From positions 1 to 25,437 of IMG/VR virus record IMGVR_UViG_3300016467_000138: a stretch of 25,437 nt of DNA; one strand, written 5' to 3'. The notes under the pieces were generated by a model. The model ran no database searches, had not been told where the DNA came from, and was given only the letters and a program-made list of their open reading frames with translations. Below are positions 24,949 through 25,437 of this stretch, in pieces (the first letter of the stretch is position 1; the number at the start of each line of letters is the position of its first letter). The DNA comes from a virus. Lineage: Duplodnaviria; Caudoviricetes. A program made the position numbers and the translations under genes.

Positions 24949-25437
24949 ATGACCGTCACAACCCAGACATCCACGGCCAGTTACTACGGCAACGGGTCCA
25001 CGGTGGCCTTCACCGTCCCCTTCTATTTCCTGGCCAACACGCATTTGCAGGTCATCCTGCGCGACGCCAGCGGCGTTGAGACGGTCCAGACGCTGACTAC
25101 CAATTACACGGTGACCGGCGCCGGCGTTTCCACCGGTGGCACTGTGACCATGGTCGTCGCGCCGGCAAGTGGCGAAACCCTGGTGATCAGACGCGACGTT
25201 CCGATCACGCAGGAAGTGGACTACCAGGAAAACGACCCGTTCCCAGCGGCCACACATGAGCTGGCGCTCGACAAGCTGACAATGATCGTGCAGCAGCAGG
25301 ACGGCGAGCTCGACAATGCGCTGCATTTCCCAGCGTCAGAGACGACCAACGATGGCACCTTGCCGTCAGCTGCTGATCGCGCCGGAAAGTATCTGGGCTT
25401 TGACGGCAACGGCAACCCGATCATGTCGGACATCATC
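24949..25437 (+). CDS. Tail fibre/tailspike, N-terminal virion-binding domain (T7 gp17-like); 3' truncated by window edge, not in the supplied ORF track
   Basis: GGAG RBS, ATG 24949, open to window end: MTVTTQTSTASYYGNGSTVAFTVPFYFL...NYTVTGAG...GGTVTMVVAPASGETLVIRRDVPITQEVDY...FPAATHELALDKLTMIVQQ. Confidence 0.88.
   Translation, partial: MTVTTQTSTASYYGNGSTVAFTVPFYFLANTHLQVILRDASGVETVQTLTTNYTVTGAGVSTGGTVTMVVAPASGETLVIRRDVPITQEVDYQENDPFPAATHELALDKLTMIVQQQDGELDNALHFPASETTNDGTLPSAADRAGKYLGFDGNGNPIMSDII

Larger units (their letters stand above)
1..25437 (+). mobile_element. Tailed phage/prophage segment, BPP-1/epsilon15-like podovirus organisation (both ends outside the window)
   Basis: Co-oriented, tightly packed genes with many ATGA/TGATG overlaps in the order replication, terminase, portal, scaffold, capsid, tail tube A/B, internal virion proteins, tail fibre. 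No att site or genome end is visible, so free phage versus prophage cannot be decided. Confidence 0.95.

Noticed and set aside
10018-25437. Diversity-generating retroelement, expected by analogy with BPP-1
   Set aside because: No reverse transcriptase and no near-identical repeat pair differing only at adenines was seen. The fibre repeats are old, diverged duplications. A DGR beyond the window end cannot be excluded.
1-25437. CRISPR array, tRNA/rRNA, integrase/att sites, canonical lysis cassette
   Set aside because: No spaced repeat array, cloverleaf, recombinase motif or stand-alone endolysin/holin pair was recognised; intergenic space is minimal.

Overview
The whole window is one + strand block of a tailed phage or prophage with BPP-1/epsilon15-like architecture. 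A lambdoid-type replication module (truncated initiator gene carrying a candidate origin, then a P-like gene) and small accessory ORFs come first. A complete podovirus (T7-like) morphogenesis module follows: small and large terminase, portal, Bbp19-like protein, scaffold, major capsid, decoration and head-fibre genes, tail tubular proteins A and B, a GNAT-like protein, four internal-virion/ejection proteins and the start of a tail fibre. No tRNA, rRNA, CRISPR array, integrase, recognisable lysis cassette or reverse transcriptase was seen. The main surprise is the 1232-aa ejection protein (18588-22286). It appears to carry a large insert with a zincin HExxH metallopeptidase domain and an HhH-GPD (Ogg2/EndoIII-like) DNA glycosylase domain with the catalytic Lys and Asp in place, which suggests an injected DNA-acting enzyme. 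Also notable are a Dps/ferritin-like gene inside the head operon, a GH108 lysozyme in another ejection protein, a structured RNA leader before the capsid gene, a possible shifty-stop -1 frameshift joining two head-fibre ORFs, and a likely leaderless terminase transcript. All family assignments come from motif recognition by eye; no database search was run.
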